DNA from: an uncultured Gammaproteobacteria bacterium
GTDB taxonomy: Bacteria; Pseudomonadota; Gammaproteobacteria; UBA9214
NCBI GenBank assembly: GCA_963748215.1
Contig: CAVVHS010000007.1
Location: 433,693-497,692 of the forward strand
Reading direction: 5' to 3'
Length of the DNA stretch: 64,000 nt
Shown: piece after piece, positions 20,801 through 31,802 of the stretch
Layout of the letters: every line of letters starts with the position of its first letter
Position numbering within the stretch: the stretch's first letter is position 1
Translations under genes and position numbers: made by a program
Notes under the pieces: generated by a model
The model's input: only the letters and a program-made list of their open reading frames with translations
Databases searched by the model: none
What the model was told of the DNA's origin: nothing

Positions 20801-22322
20801 TTCCATCGAGGACCTGGCGCAGCTCATCTTCGATCTCAAGCAGGTCAACCCGGCGGCGATGGTATCCGTCAAGCTGGTTTCCGAGGCCGGCGTCGGTACC
20901 ATCGCCGCCGGTGTCGCCAAGGCCTATGCGGACCAGATCACCGTCTCCGGCTACGATGGCGGTACCGGTGCCAGTCCGCTGTCGTCGGTGAAATACGCCG
21001 GCAGTCCCTGGGAGCTGGGTCTGCGCGAGACGCACCAGATACTGCGTGCCAACGATCTGCGCCAGCGCGTGCGGCTGCAGGTGGACGGCGGCATCAAGAC
21101 CGGCCTCGATGTCATCAAGGCGGCGCTGCTGGGTGCAGAGAGTTTCGGCTTCGGCACGACGCCGCTGATCGTGCTGGGCTGCAAGTATCTGCGCATCTGC
21201 CACCTGAACAATTGTGCGACCGGTGTGGCGACCCAGGACCCCGTGTTGCGCAGTCAGCACTACCGCGGCGAGGCGGAGAAGGTGATGACCTTTTTCCGCT
21301 GGGTAGCGCAGGAAGTGCGTGAATGGATGGCGGGGCTTGGTGTGCACCGATTCGATGAGCTCATCGGCCGCACGGACCTGCTGCGCCTGCTGCCCGGGGT
21401 AACCGGCAAGCAGCGCCGGCTCGACCTGCAGCCGCTGCTGTACGATGCTGACGTCGCCGCAGACAAACCGCGCTATTGCCTGCAGGCGCGCAACGCATCA
21501 TTCGACAAGGGGGCGATGGCCGAACAGATGGTCAACGACATGCTGCCCCTGATCGAGGCGGGTAAGGGCGGTGAATTCAGTTACCGTATTCGCAACGACA
21601 ACCGCTCCATCGGCGCGCGCGTGTCCGGTGAAATCGCGCGACGCCATGGCAATAACGGCTTCGGGGAGCAGCCACTGGTGGTGCGCCTGCAGGGAACCGC
21701 CGGCCAGAGCCTCGGGGTGTGGAATGCCGGCGGTCTGCACCTGTACCTGGAAGGGGATGCCAACGATTATGTCGGCAAGGGCATGGCCGGCGGAAAGATC
21801 GTCGTTTATCCGCCTTACGCCAGCGAATATCCAAGCCAGGACAATGTCATCCTGGGCAATACCTGTCTGTACGGCGCCACCGGCGGGTACCTGTATGCAG
21901 CGGGCCAGGCAGGGGAGCGTTTCGCCGTGCGCAATTCAGGAGCGGTTGCCGTGGTCGAGGGTGCCGGCGATCACTGCTGCGAATACATGACCGGCGGGAT
22001 CGTTGCGGTGCTTGGCGATACCGGCTTCAACTTCGGCGCGGGAATGACCGGCGGCTTCGCGTTCGTGTTCGATCGCAACAATGTGTTCGTCGATCACTAC
22101 AACCATGAACTGGTGGACATCCACCACATCGACACCGAGCAGACCGAGAATCACCGTAACCTGCTGTGCCGGATGATCGGCGATTATGTCGCGGATACCG
22201 GCAGTCGATGGGGGCAGACCTTGCTCGACGGGTTCCCGGACCATGTCAGGCATTTCTGGCTGGTGAAGCCAAGGACCGCGAAAATGGATGCCCTGGCGGA
22301 TGCCATGGTGCAGGTGGCGTAG
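17847..22322 (+). CDS. gltB: Glutamate synthase large subunit
   Basis: HDGCGFG (N-terminal nucleophile Cys), HQRFSTNT, HNGEINT, EPWDGPA, SPPPHHDIYSIEDL, CKYLRICHLNNC (3Fe-4S), GERFAVRNSG. Confidence 0.97.
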   Translation: MAMITHDGSGLYQPGFEHDGCGFGLIAQMDGKPGHALVHRAIRALSRLTHRGAVAADGKSGDGCGLLMKLPHDFLHALALADGINLSSRYAVGMLFLNRDPERAGAARWRLEFELEAQDLVVAGWRTVPVEPDACGARALESLPLIEQVFVNAPPGLPGDELERRLYIARRRARKAIKDEDRTFYVASLSSQVICYKGLVMPHNLPVFYPDLCDERLESSLCVFHQRFSTNTWPEWRLAQPFRYLAHNGEINTIQGNRNWARARSHKFESPLIPDMDAIRPWVSMSGSDSCSLDNMLEALLAGGMDIFLAMRLLIPRAWQNIETMDPDLRAFYEYHSMHMEPWDGPAGIVLTDGRYAACVMDRNGLRPARYVITRDRCITLASEIGVTEHEPQDVVARGRLSPGDMMAVDTRTGRLLTPDMIEDDLKGRWPCRKWLQQHAVRLESRREEEARYCRQSAPGQLRIRQKQYQVTLEELDQVLRVLAEGGQEAIGSMGDDTPMPVLSRQVRSLFDYFRQQFAQVTNPPIDPLREQIVMSLETCFGVERNLFVEDPQHAARLMVNSPVLSGSKFNQLLEQSDPRYRHARIDLNYDRTLDLRSAIDALAERAVEQVRSGKCILVLSDRDIAQDRLPVHALLATGAIHHRLIEAGLRCDANLVVDTGTARNPHEFAVLIGFGATAIHPWLAYQCIADLFRGGQADAAGDTVTGALHSYRRGINKGLYKILSKMGISTITSYRGAQLFESIGLHRDVVDQCFSGTPCRLQGAGFEELEADQRRLADAAWDGRRDIEPGGRLKFIAGGEFHAFNPDVVTTLHQAVASGEYRDYRRYAALINQRPPLVLRDLLGVRDDLEPVPIEAVEPVEDIVRRFETGAMSLGALSPEAHETLAIAMNRLGGRSNSGEGGEDAQRFGTERVSRIKQVASGRFGVTPHYLVNADVLQIKIAQGAKPGEGGQLAGQKVNELIARLRHAEVGTPLISPPPHHDIYSIEDLAQLIFDLKQVNPAAMVSVKLVSEAGVGTIAAGVAKAYADQITVSGYDGGTGASPLSSVKYAGSPWELGLRETHQILRANDLRQRVRLQVDGGIKTGLDVIKAALLGAESFGFGTTPLIVLGCKYLRICHLNNCATGVATQDPVLRSQHYRGEAEKVMTFFRWVAQEVREWMAGLGVHRFDELIGRTDLLRLLPGVTGKQRRLDLQPLLYDADVAADKPRYCLQARNASFDKGAMAEQMVNDMLPLIEAGKGGEFSYRIRNDNRSIGARVSGEIARRHGNNGFGEQPLVVRLQGTAGQSLGVWNAGGLHLYLEGDANDYVGKGMAGGKIVVYPPYASEYPSQDNVILGNTCLYGATGGYLYAAGQAGERFAVRNSGAVAVVEGAGDHCCEYMTGGIVAVLGDTGFNFGAGMTGGFAFVFDRNNVFVDHYNHELVDIHHIDTEQTENHRNLLCRMIGDYVADTGSRWGQTLLDGFPDHVRHFWLVKPRTAKMDALADAMVQVA

Positions 22323-22653
22323 GGCAGCGCTGCGCCCGGATCGGGCAGGGGGCGTGTCGCCGGGATCTTTCCCTGCGAGACACCAGTCCTCGACCGCTAT
22401 CGAATGAACGGGTCGGCCGGCTGCTGAGTGGCGCAAGAACAACGCATGGTGGACTTCAGCAGTGGAACGTCGGCCAGCTCCACGCGTTCACCAAATCAGG
22501 CTATATTCCCGAAGGCACTGTGCTTGCGACCGGTGCAGCGGACATCATGCCGTGTCTCCCGTAAACGCATCATCCGCAGAGTGCGTATAATGGCGACGAC
22601 GCGCAGGACGATGTCCTGACAGCCAATGTAGACAATCGTTATTCCTGTTCGAG

Positions 22654-22941
22654 GTGATACAGATGCCGAGAATCCTGTTGCTGTTATCCCTCGGTCTGCT
22701 GCTGGGCGGCTGTACGGAAGAACAGCAGAACCGCCTGAGCCGGCTCGGGGTAACCTGGCTCGAGGGTAATTACCGGGTGACCTATGCCGACGGGGAGCAT
22801 GTCAAGAGCTGGGTGGTGCGTGACAGCAAGGTTACGTCTGAACCGGAGAAGGGCTATTATTACTTCTGGGTCAAGCAGGGCGATAAACGTTACTACGTGC
22901 AGACACCGATTGCGCGCTCCTATATCGAGGAAATACCGTAG
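22654..22941 (+). CDS. Small hypothetical lipoprotein
   Basis: Hydrophobic leader with lipobox LGGC, GAGG before the GTG start, and an aromatic-rich beta-type mature part. Confidence 0.7.
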   Translation: MIQMPRILLLLSLGLLLGGCTEEQQNRLSRLGVTWLEGNYRVTYADGEHVKSWVVRDSKVTSEPEKGYYYFWVKQGDKRYYVQTPIARSYIEEIP

Positions 22942-23078
22942 CTCGCCAGCGGGCGCCGCCGACAAATAGCTGCACCAGGGCGGGGATGCGGCCGTCATTC
23001 ACCGCCTGTTTCAACGCATTCAGAGGGTTGGCAGGTCCGACGCCTGCGAATCCCTTGTTTTCGTGCAGCAGTCCCGGG

Positions 23079-23501
23079 TCAGTTTTCAACGGCACCATTA
23101 TCGATCCAGACCCGGATGGTCTCGATCTCTTCGGCACTGAGGGGTGCCTTGCCGTGCGGCATGGAGATTGTCAGGTTGTCTTTGGAGGAAATCAGGATAT
23201 ACAGCGAACTGGTCCTGGCCGAGCCCGGATGGATGACCGGTCCGTATCGGTCGTCTTTCATCAGCGATGCATAGGAATCCAGCAGCAGGCCGGTTGCCTC
23301 GGCACCCGGCTTTCCGGCGACATGACATTCAGCACAATGCTTTTGCAGGATGGGGGCCACATCATCCGCATAGCTCACCTGCCGTGACTGTGGTGGCTCT
23401 GCCTTTTGTGACTGCAGCTGCCCTGCCTTGTCGTCATCGCAGGCCGCCAGGCTCGCGGCGATTGCCAGTAACGCGGCGAGCGGCATGGCTCGAATGTTCA
23501 T
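23079..23501 (-). CDS. Monoheme c-type cytochrome lipoprotein (planctomycete cytochrome c-like domain)
   Basis: Lipobox LAAC, VSYADDVAPILQKHCAECH, GLLLDSY, MP, IRVWIDNGA. Confidence 0.85.
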   Translation of the reverse strand: MNIRAMPLAALLAIAASLAACDDDKAGQLQSQKAEPPQSRQVSYADDVAPILQKHCAECHVAGKPGAEATGLLLDSYASLMKDDRYGPVIHPGSARTSSLYILISSKDNLTISMPHGKAPLSAEEIETIRVWIDNGAVEN

Positions 23502-23551
23502 TGGGGTACCCCTTCGGGACTGTTGGCCAGCCGGCATCTTAGCATTCTTCA

Positions 23552-23826
23552 GGGTCGGACCTCTCTAACTCACTGAGATCACATGGTACTTATCACTGAT
23601 AACGACTCTATTCGGGCTTAAAACACCTGTTTCGACCCCAATTAGGTACCTGCAAGACGTCAGGATGTGCTCGTAACGCGTCGGTATTTTCCCATGCGAT
23701 GAAAGCGTCGCATTTCGATTTCTTAACTGCTTGCTTTTGACCCTGAAATGGCCACGCCAAGGCGGCATTTCGGCCTTCATACGCAGCAAGTCTAAACAAA
23801 TTCAATTGTCTGGCGAGGTCCGACCC
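23552..23826. repeat. AT-richer segment bounded by a 12-bp perfect inverted repeat
   Basis: GGGTCGGACCTC at 23552-23563 and GAGGTCCGACCC at 23815-23826. Confidence 0.45.
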
Positions 23827-23843
23827 CTGTGACCCCGGGACAG

Positions 23844-24893
23844 TCAAGCGATGCTTACGTCGGGTGACAGGTACACGTCCTGGATCGCGTTCAGCAGGTT
23901 GATGCCTTCATCCATCGGACGCTGAAATGCCTTGCGTCCGGATATCAGACCCGTTCCGCCGGCACGTTTGTTGATGACCGCCGTGCGGACTGCCTGGTGC
24001 AGGTCGTCCTTGCCCGAGGGGCCTCCGGAATTGATCATGCCGACGCGTCCCATGTAACAGTTGGCTACCTGGTAGCGCACGAGATCCACCGGGTGGTCAC
24101 TGGTCAGCTCCTCGTACACCCGGGGGTGGGTTTTACCGAACTTGATAGCGTTGTAGCCGCCATTTGTTTCCGCCTGTTTCTGCTTGACGATATCGGCTTC
24201 GATTGTCACCGCCAGGTGGTTGGCCTGCCCGGTCAGATCGGCCGCCGTGTGATAGTCAACGCCTTCCTTCTTGAATTCCGGGTTGCGCAGATAGGCCCAC
24301 AGGAATGTCACCATCCCAAGCTCGTGGGCATGGGCGAATGCCTCGCTCACTTCGAGAATCTGCCGGCGCGATTCCATGGAGCCATAAAAGACCGTAGCAC
24401 CCACGGCGACCGCGCCCAGTTCAAATGCCTGGTCGACGCTGGCGAACAGTGTCTGGTCAAAGTGATTGGGGTAGGTCAGCAACTCGTTGTGGTTGAGCTT
24501 GACCAGGAAGGGGATTTTATGGGCATATTTCCGACTCACCGAGCCGAGCACGCCGAGTGTCGATGCGACCGCATTACAGCCCCCCTCGATGGCCAGTTTG
24601 ACGATGTTCTCCGGATCGAAATAGAGCGGGTTCGGCGCGAAGGAGGCGCCTGCGGAATGTTCGACGCCCTGGTCCACCGGCAGGATAGACATATACCCAC
24701 TGCCCCCGAGACGGCCGTGGTCATGCAAGGCCTGCAGGTTGCGCAGTACCCGCGGACCCCGGTCGCTGTGTGACGTCACGCGGTCGACAAAATCCGGTCC
24801 CGGCACATGCAGCAACTCTTGCGGAATACCCTTGCAGACATGCCCCAGCAGGTACTCGCTCTCGTCGCCCAGCAATTTCTGGATATCGGTCAT
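23844..24893 (-). CDS. fbaB: Class I fructose-bisphosphate aldolase (FbaB/DhnA type)
   Basis: [45 protein letters not shown] (Schiff-base Lys), [15 protein letters not shown]. Confidence 0.96.
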   Translation of the reverse strand: MTDIQKLLGDESEYLLGHVCKGIPQELLHVPGPDFVDRVTSHSDRGPRVLRNLQALHDHGRLGGSGYMSILPVDQGVEHSAGASFAPNPLYFDPENIVKLAIEGGCNAVASTLGVLGSVSRKYAHKIPFLVKLNHNELLTYPNHFDQTLFASVDQAFELGAVAVGATVFYGSMESRRQILEVSEAFAHAHELGMVTFLWAYLRNPEFKKEGVDYHTAADLTGQANHLAVTIEADIVKQKQAETNGGYNAIKFGKTHPRVYEELTSDHPVDLVRYQVANCYMGRVGMINSGGPSGKDDLHQAVRTAVINKRAGGTGLISGRKAFQRPMDEGINLLNAIQDVYLSPDVSIA

Positions 24894-24992
24894 GGTCAGT
24901 CCTCTCTCCTGGAATCTGTTACAGGGTGTGCACGGGTAAAATCAATCAAGGTGCAATTTCAGGAATCTATCATTGACGTTACAGGACCCGCC

Positions 24993-25006
24993 TTGATCGT
25001 GATCAA
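24993..25006. promoter_or_regulatory. FNR/Anr-type binding site, class II position for fbaB
   Basis: Perfect TTGAT-CGTG-ATCAA, with a minus-strand -10-like TAGATT at 24969-24964 at the spacing expected for a site centred near -41.5. Confidence 0.8.
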
Positions 25007-25110
25007 CCGTTGCCGTTTGCATTATTGAGACTTGCATAAATGGGTCTTCCTTGGTTGAGTGGGTAACACATCAATTCAGACGAGACGCATTGCTTCTGAT
25101 GACAAGGTTG

Positions 25111-25358
25111 TTGGCCGAATGAATTCGGCCCTGCTCAATCAGACCTGTAGGGTCGAATTCATTCGACCAGCGGTGTTTCATTCGAGCAGACGTCCTGCAG
25201 TGATATCCGTAGATAAGGGATGACGACCGGGTAAACGTGGTGATGCAATAGACTAGATGGTACAGGGAATGACGCTCTCCTGCGCAATGCGTCACAGGAC
25301 AGGGCGACCTCCTTGTCTCCAATGGCAACAGGCTGTTGGCCGAGTGAATTCGGCCCAC
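25111..25358. repeat. Three REP elements (GTAGGGYCGAATTCATTCGRCC family)
   Basis: 25111-25134 (minus, GCAGGGCCGAATTCATTCGGCCAA), 25147-25169 (plus, GTAGGGTCGAATTCATTCGACCA), 25336-25358 (minus, GTGGGCCGAATTCACTCGGCCAA). Confidence 0.8.
25178..25302 (-). pseudogene. 5' remnant of a REP-associated tyrosine transposase (RAYT, Y1 family)
   Basis: Strong SD AAGGAGGT (25314-25307). Joining three frames gives (M)SCDALRR/RHSLYHLVYCITTFTR/GRHPLSTDITAGRLL, which matches the RAYT N-terminal pattern LRxGRHS...Y.ITT.T..R.PLF. Flanked by REPs. Confidence 0.7.
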
Positions 25359-25415
25359 AACGGTAATCTATCCACTCGATTTGGGAAAGAGCCAAACAGG
25401 CAGGCACGGTGCACC

Positions 25416-26864
<1,449 letters not shown>

Positions 26865-27078
26865 TCAGGACGGGCACATCCGCCAGCTGCCGTTAGCCGG
26901 GTGCTGTCGCCGGGCGATCCGTCTTCGCAACGCTGCAATCACGGGGCATGGCCGGATCCATTCTTTCCTGTTTTGATACAGAAACTATTCGCATCCGGCC
27001 ACCAGTTCCGGGTCGTGTTACTCAACCGGCCGCAGGTGGCCGCCGTCTGTTAAAAGCATAGACCATCAATGCCGGCCA

Positions 27079-28692
27079 TCAACCCTGCGGACCCGCCGCG
27101 GCGATTTCCGGCGAGACGTCGAAACGCGCGATGTTGTCGCGGAAGCGCCCGATGAGTTCGCGGGTATTACGGTCATAGGCGGCCTTGTCATTCCAGGTTT
27201 CGCGCGGGTTCAGTATTCGTTCGTCGATACCGTGGAGCTGCAGCGGTATACGCAGGTTGAATCCCGGCAGTATCCGTGTTTTGGCCACCTCCAGGTCGCC
27301 GCGCAGCACGGCGTGCACGATGGCGCGTGTCGTGGCGATGCTGAAGCGCCGGCCCTCGCCATAGGGGCCGCCGGTCCAGCCGGTGTTGACGAGATAGACG
27401 GGCACACTGTAACGCGCGATCTTGTCCATGAGCAGTTCGGCATAGACGCTGGCGCGGCGCGGAAAGAAGGGTGCGCCGAAGCAGGCACTGAAGGTCGGTG
27501 TTATCCCTTCCATTTGCCCCACCTCGGTGCTGCCGACCAGGGCGGTATAGCCGCTCAGAAAATGATAGGCCGCCTGTTCGCGCGTCAGCATGGCAACCGG
27601 TGGCAGTACACCGTACAGGTCACAGGTGAGAAAGATCACCGCATGCGGCTGCCCGCCCTGGTTGCCCGGCATCCGCTTGTCGACGAACTCGCGAGGGTAG
27701 GCGACCCGGGTATTCTCTGTCATGCTGCCGTCATCGAAGACGGGCGCGTGGCTGTCACCGGCAAGCACCACGTTTTCCATCGCCGCCCCGAAACGGATCG
27801 CATTCCAGATCACCGGTTCCCGCTCGGGGTTCAGGTTGATGCATTTCGCATAGCAGCCGCCCTCGAAGTTGAAAATACCCTCGTCGTCCCAGCCGTGCTC
27901 GTCGTCACCGATGAGGAAGCGCATGGGGTCGGCCGACAGTGTGGTCTTGCCCGTGCCGGACAAGCCGAAAAACAGTGCTACATCGCCGCCTTCGCCGACG
28001 TTGGCAGCACAGTGCATGGGCAGCACGTCGTGTTCAGGGGCCAGGTAGTTCAGGGCGGAAAACACGGCCTTCTTCATTTCGCCGGCGTAGCGCATGCCCA
28101 GCAGCAGGATGCGGCGATGGGTGAAATCCAGGATCACTGCACCGTCGCTGTGCGTGCCGTCACGGGCGGGATCGGTCACGAGTGACGGCAGGTTGAGGAT
28201 GGTCCACTCGGGTCCGGCCGCCTCGGGGGTGGCGGGGTCAGGGCGCACGAACAACTGGTGTGCAAACAGGTTATGCCAGGCGTATTCTGTCACGACGAAC
28301 AGGGGCAGGGCATGGCGTGCATGGCTTCCGGCCTGCAGTTGTGCCGTGAACAGTTCGCGACCGCGCAGCCAGTCACAGGCGCGCCCCCAGAGCGCATCGA
28401 AGGCCGCGGGGTCAAAGGGATGGTTGACCTTGCCCCAGTCAATCTCGGCGTCCACGAGCGGGTCATCCACGATGTACCGGTCCATGGGCGAACGGCCGGT
28501 GCGCGTGCCGGTGCGAACACAGAGGGCGCCGTTATCGGCCAGCACACCCTCGCCGCGCTGCAGCGCCATCTCGACCAGTTTCGGGATCGGCAGATCCATG
28601 TGCAGCCGGGCATGGCGCAGGCTCTCGCCCAGCAACCCGTTGCCGGGCTTTGCATAGCCGTGCTGTATGATTTTCGCTGCGTTGCTGTTCAT
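27079..28692 (-). CDS. pckA: Phosphoenolpyruvate carboxykinase (ATP)
   Basis: [63 protein letters not shown] before ATG at 28692. Confidence 0.96.
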   Translation of the reverse strand: MNSNAAKIIQHGYAKPGNGLLGESLRHARLHMDLPIPKLVEMALQRGEGVLADNGALCVRTGTRTGRSPMDRYIVDDPLVDAEIDWGKVNHPFDPAAFDALWGRACDWLRGRELFTAQLQAGSHARHALPLFVVTEYAWHNLFAHQLFVRPDPATPEAAGPEWTILNLPSLVTDPARDGTHSDGAVILDFTHRRILLLGMRYAGEMKKAVFSALNYLAPEHDVLPMHCAANVGEGGDVALFFGLSGTGKTTLSADPMRFLIGDDEHGWDDEGIFNFEGGCYAKCINLNPEREPVIWNAIRFGAAMENVVLAGDSHAPVFDDGSMTENTRVAYPREFVDKRMPGNQGGQPHAVIFLTCDLYGVLPPVAMLTREQAAYHFLSGYTALVGSTEVGQMEGITPTFSACFGAPFFPRRASVYAELLMDKIARYSVPVYLVNTGWTGGPYGEGRRFSIATTRAIVHAVLRGDLEVAKTRILPGFNLRIPLQLHGIDERILNPRETWNDKAAYDRNTRELIGRFRDNIARFDVSPEIAAAGPQG

Positions 28693-28895
28693 CTTCAAGC
28701 ACTCCTGTTTATCGAGGCATGCCGTGCCCCTGCCGCCCGCTGCGCGGGATGCCGTCACCTGCAGCGTGCTGTAACCCGGCTTATGCCGCGGCACTGGCCA
28801 GCTTGCATACGCCATCGGGCACTGGACCTTCGTGCGTCGAGCGGCGTGTGTCCCTCCCGGGCAGGCATGGATTGCCGGGGCCTGTCTTATATCTT

Positions 28896-28911
28896 AGCAA
28901 CATATGTGCCA
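28896..28911 (-). promoter_or_regulatory. sigma54 promoter upstream of pckA(-gltD)
   Basis: Minus strand TGGCACATATGTTGCT, a consensus TGGCAC-N5-TTGC. Confidence 0.85.
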
Positions 28912-28973
28912 TGCGCTGCCGGTGAAAACAGGTTTGCACAACAGTGGCTTGCCGGATGTCGGTCAGGGCCTTC

Positions 28974-29021
28974 TGCACCAGAATCCGCCGCACTGCCCTG
29001 CGTCCGCCTTGTTATGGTGCA
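28974..29021. promoter_or_regulatory. Tandem NtrC-like enhancer sites
   Basis: TGCACCAGAATCCGCCG (28974) and CGCCTTGTTATGGTGCA (29005), 31 bp apart, upstream of the sigma54 site. Confidence 0.55.
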
Positions 29022-29243
29022 GGAACCGGGCACTCCGTCTGCGCCGTGCCTGTACACGGTCCGCGTGGTCCGGCAGGCCTGAAGTGCAGTGCGCCGGGTC
29101 TGGTCCGCCCTGAGCTGAAACCGGTCGGGACCATGGCGTGCTGGCAAGGTGTCTGGCAAGGAGATGCCGGGTGCGCCGGATACCGGCGTCTGATGCGGGA
29201 GAAGGTGTGACTGGACGGGGCGGCAGGGCGTATTGCCTGCGCG

Positions 29244-29726
29244 TCATGCGTGGCCTTGATCAGCGCCACTCGGCACCCGTGGGTGCGGGGTCGCGGCTAA
29301 ACGTGCAACCAGCATCTGCAGTGCCGCCGTGAGGTTCTCGGCAGCGGCGTCACTCAGGGATGCACCAAGTTCGAAGTCGTAACCGCGCACAGCGAGTACG
29401 AATGCGGCAGGCAAGGGTGCATCGGCGACACGCACAAATGCCTCCAGCACGGCCGCCGGTGTCAGGGCGTGAGAGATCGCGCCGGCATGCGCCGCCGGGC
29501 TCACTGGCGTGAATTCGAAGGGTTCGGGCCCGGTGGCGGCAGCGTCGATGAATACCACCTCGCGGCGCCCGACCAGGTCGAGCGCATGTTCGACCTGCAG
29601 CTGGAAATCGGTCAGCAGCTCGGTATCGGGCAAACCGTGTGCCTCCAGGTGCTCGATAGCGAGTGGTCCGATGGCGTCGTCGCCGCGGCTCGGGTTGCCG
29701 ATGCCGATGACGAGGACCGGCGCCAT
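29244..29726 (-). CDS. hoxW: [NiFe] hydrogenase maturation protease
   Basis: VLVIGIGNPSRGDDAIG, FQLQVEHA, VVFIDA, SHALTP. Follows hoxH. Confidence 0.88.
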   Translation of the reverse strand: MAPVLVIGIGNPSRGDDAIGPLAIEHLEAHGLPDTELLTDFQLQVEHALDLVGRREVVFIDAAATGPEPFEFTPVSPAAHAGAISHALTPAAVLEAFVRVADAPLPAAFVLAVRGYDFELGASLSDAAAENLTAALQMLVARLAATPHPRVPSGADQGHA

Positions 29727-29746
29727 GCCGTCCGTTGGTCCGGGGC

Positions 29747-31228
29747 TCAGGGACACCGCTCGATCGAGCTCTTGACCAGGGTGTCGATGCACTGGCCCTC
29801 GGCGTCGATCAGCTCCACGTTGAACGGCATCCTGCCCAGCGCGTGGGTGGCGCAGGACAGGCAGGGATCGAAGGCACGGATCGCCACCTCGATGTGGTTC
29901 AAAAGGCCCTCGGTCAACCGGCGGCCGTCGAGGTAGCGTTTCGCCACTTGACGGATCGCCTCGTTCATCGCCTGGTTGTTATGCGTCGTCGAGACGATCA
30001 GATTGGCGCGCACCGCCTGGTCGTTCTCGTCCACCCGGTAGTGGTGAATCAGGGTGCCGCGCGGCGCCTCGATGACACCCACCCCGCGTTCACGGCGTTC
30101 GCCGGTGACCACCAGGTCATCGCCCGAGATATCCTCGTCGTGCAGCAGGTCCTTGATTGATTCTGCGGCGAACAGCAGCTCGATCATCCGCGTCCAGTGA
30201 TAGGCCAGCGTGGCGTGCACCGGCTGGCCGCCGCCGAAATCGACGAACTCGCGACGTTCCGCTTCCGCAAACGGCGTCGGTATATGATCGCAGTTCTGCA
30301 CCCGCGCCAGCGGCCCTACCTTGTACCAGCCGGCCTCGGCACCCAGTGACCGGATGTAGGGGAACTTCATGTAGGACCAGGGCCTGACCTCTTCCGTGAT
30401 GTGGTCCCAGTAGCGGTCATAGTCGACGGTATCGAAAATGATCTTGCCGTTGCTGTCGCGTGCCCGCAGCACGCCATGATAGAGGTCCATCCCTCCGTCA
30501 GGTGCGACCAGGCTCATCAGGTTGGAACGAAAGGCACCGAAGCTGTTGTAGAGGCCCGCATTGGCCAGGTGCAGGCGCTTCGCCAGCTGCACGGCGGCGC
30601 GGCACCAGCCGATGATCTGGTAGATATCCTTGAGCAGCTCGGCGCGTTCTTCACGAGTCACGGCCTTGTTGACGCCACCGGGAATCGCCCCGGTGCCGTG
30701 TATGCGCTTGCCGGCAGTGACGCGGATCACCTCCTGGCCGAAGCGGCGCAGCAGCACGCCTTGCCTGGCGATATCCGGATACTCGGCCGCAACACCGACG
30801 ATGTTGCGTCGCGCGACGTCCGAATCGAATCCGAACAGCAGGTCAGGCGAGGACAGGTGAAAGAAGTGCAGCGCATGTGACTGCAGTATCTGTCCGTAAT
30901 GCATGAGCCGCCGGATCTTGTCGGCGGTCGGGGTCAGGTGGTCGACACCGACCACCTGGTCCAGCGCCTTGGCCGCCGCCAGGTGATGGCTGACCGGGCA
31001 GATCCCGCACAGGCGCTGCACCATGACCGGGATTTCCCAGTACGGCCGGCCCTGGATGAACTTCTCGAAACCGCGAAACTCGACGATATGCAGCCGGACC
31101 TGCTGTACGTGATCATCGCCATCGAGCAGGATGGTTACCTTGCCATGCCCCTCCACGCGGGAGAGCGGCTCGATGACCACGCGCTTCAGTCTGGCGGGAT
31201 TGGCGGCGGTTTCCAGTTCAAAGCTCAT
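29747..31228 (-). CDS. hoxH: Group 3d NAD-reducing hydrogenase large subunit
   Basis: SRVEGHGK, L1 motif [23 protein letters not shown]2 motif DPCLSCATH with a cleavable C-terminal tail. Confidence 0.95.
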   Translation of the reverse strand: MSFELETAANPARLKRVVIEPLSRVEGHGKVTILLDGDDHVQQVRLHIVEFRGFEKFIQGRPYWEIPVMVQRLCGICPVSHHLAAAKALDQVVGVDHLTPTADKIRRLMHYGQILQSHALHFFHLSSPDLLFGFDSDVARRNIVGVAAEYPDIARQGVLLRRFGQEVIRVTAGKRIHGTGAIPGGVNKAVTREERAELLKDIYQIIGWCRAAVQLAKRLHLANAGLYNSFGAFRSNLMSLVAPDGGMDLYHGVLRARDSNGKIIFDTVDYDRYWDHITEEVRPWSYMKFPYIRSLGAEAGWYKVGPLARVQNCDHIPTPFAEAERREFVDFGGGQPVHATLAYHWTRMIELLFAAESIKDLLHDEDISGDDLVVTGERRERGVGVIEAPRGTLIHHYRVDENDQAVRANLIVSTTHNNQAMNEAIRQVAKRYLDGRRLTEGLLNHIEVAIRAFDPCLSCATHALGRMPFNVELIDAEGQCIDTLVKSSIERCP

Positions 31229-31250
31229 TGGGCAGGACTCCGGTGTGTAC

Positions 31251-31802
31251 TCAGTCGTAATGGATCAGGCCGTGGCCGAGATGCGGTGTGCGCCCTGCCA
31301 GCAGGTCGGTGAGGAATTTCCAGATCGCGTCCGCGGTCGGCGGGCAACCGGGCAGGAAATAGTCGATTTTCACCACCTCGTGCAGGGCGTGTACCTTGTC
31401 CAGCGGCAGCGGCAGCTCGGGGTCGTTGGGGATGCAGCCCTTCGCCAGGCTGACCTCGGTGACGTAGACCTCCTGCAGACAGTCGCCGAGGTCGAGGTGA
31501 TTGCGCTGCGCCGGCAGTCCGCCGTTTACCGCGCAGGCGCCCACCGCGACCAGGATCTTGCACTGCTTGCGAAACTCGCGCAGCACGTGAACGTTGTCCG
31601 CGTTGCAGATGCCGCCCTCGATGAGGCCGACATCGCAGGGGCCGCAGTGCTTGATGTCGGTGAACGGCGAGCGGTCGAACTCGATACGATCGAGCAGCTC
31701 GAACAGCCGCTCGTCGATGTCGAGAAATGACATGTGGCAGCCGAAACAGCCGGCGAGCGAAGTGGTCGCGACACGCAGTTTGGGCTGGGCGGGTTCGCTC
31801 AT
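31251..31802 (-). CDS. hoxY: NAD-reducing hydrogenase small subunit
   Basis: SLAGCFGCHMS, GACAVNGG, PGCPP. True start is MSEPAQ at 31802, overlapping the hoxU stop. Confidence 0.93.
   Translation of the reverse strand: MSEPAQPKLRVATTSLAGCFGCHMSFLDIDERLFELLDRIEFDRSPFTDIKHCGPCDVGLIEGGICNADNVHVLREFRKQCKILVAVGACAVNGGLPAQRNHLDLGDCLQEVYVTEVSLAKGCIPNDPELPLPLDKVHALHEVVKIDYFLPGCPPTADAIWKFLTDLLAGRTPHLGHGLIHYD

Noticed and set aside
22319-22340. REP-like GTAGGGC at the gltB stop (and at the glgP stop, 53154)
   Set aside because: The palindromes are weak and could arise by chance in GC-rich DNA.
25111-25358. CRISPR repeats or integron attC sites
   Set aside because: Copies alternate in orientation with irregular spacing and carry GTAG-type ends typical of REPs. 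No integrase is nearby.
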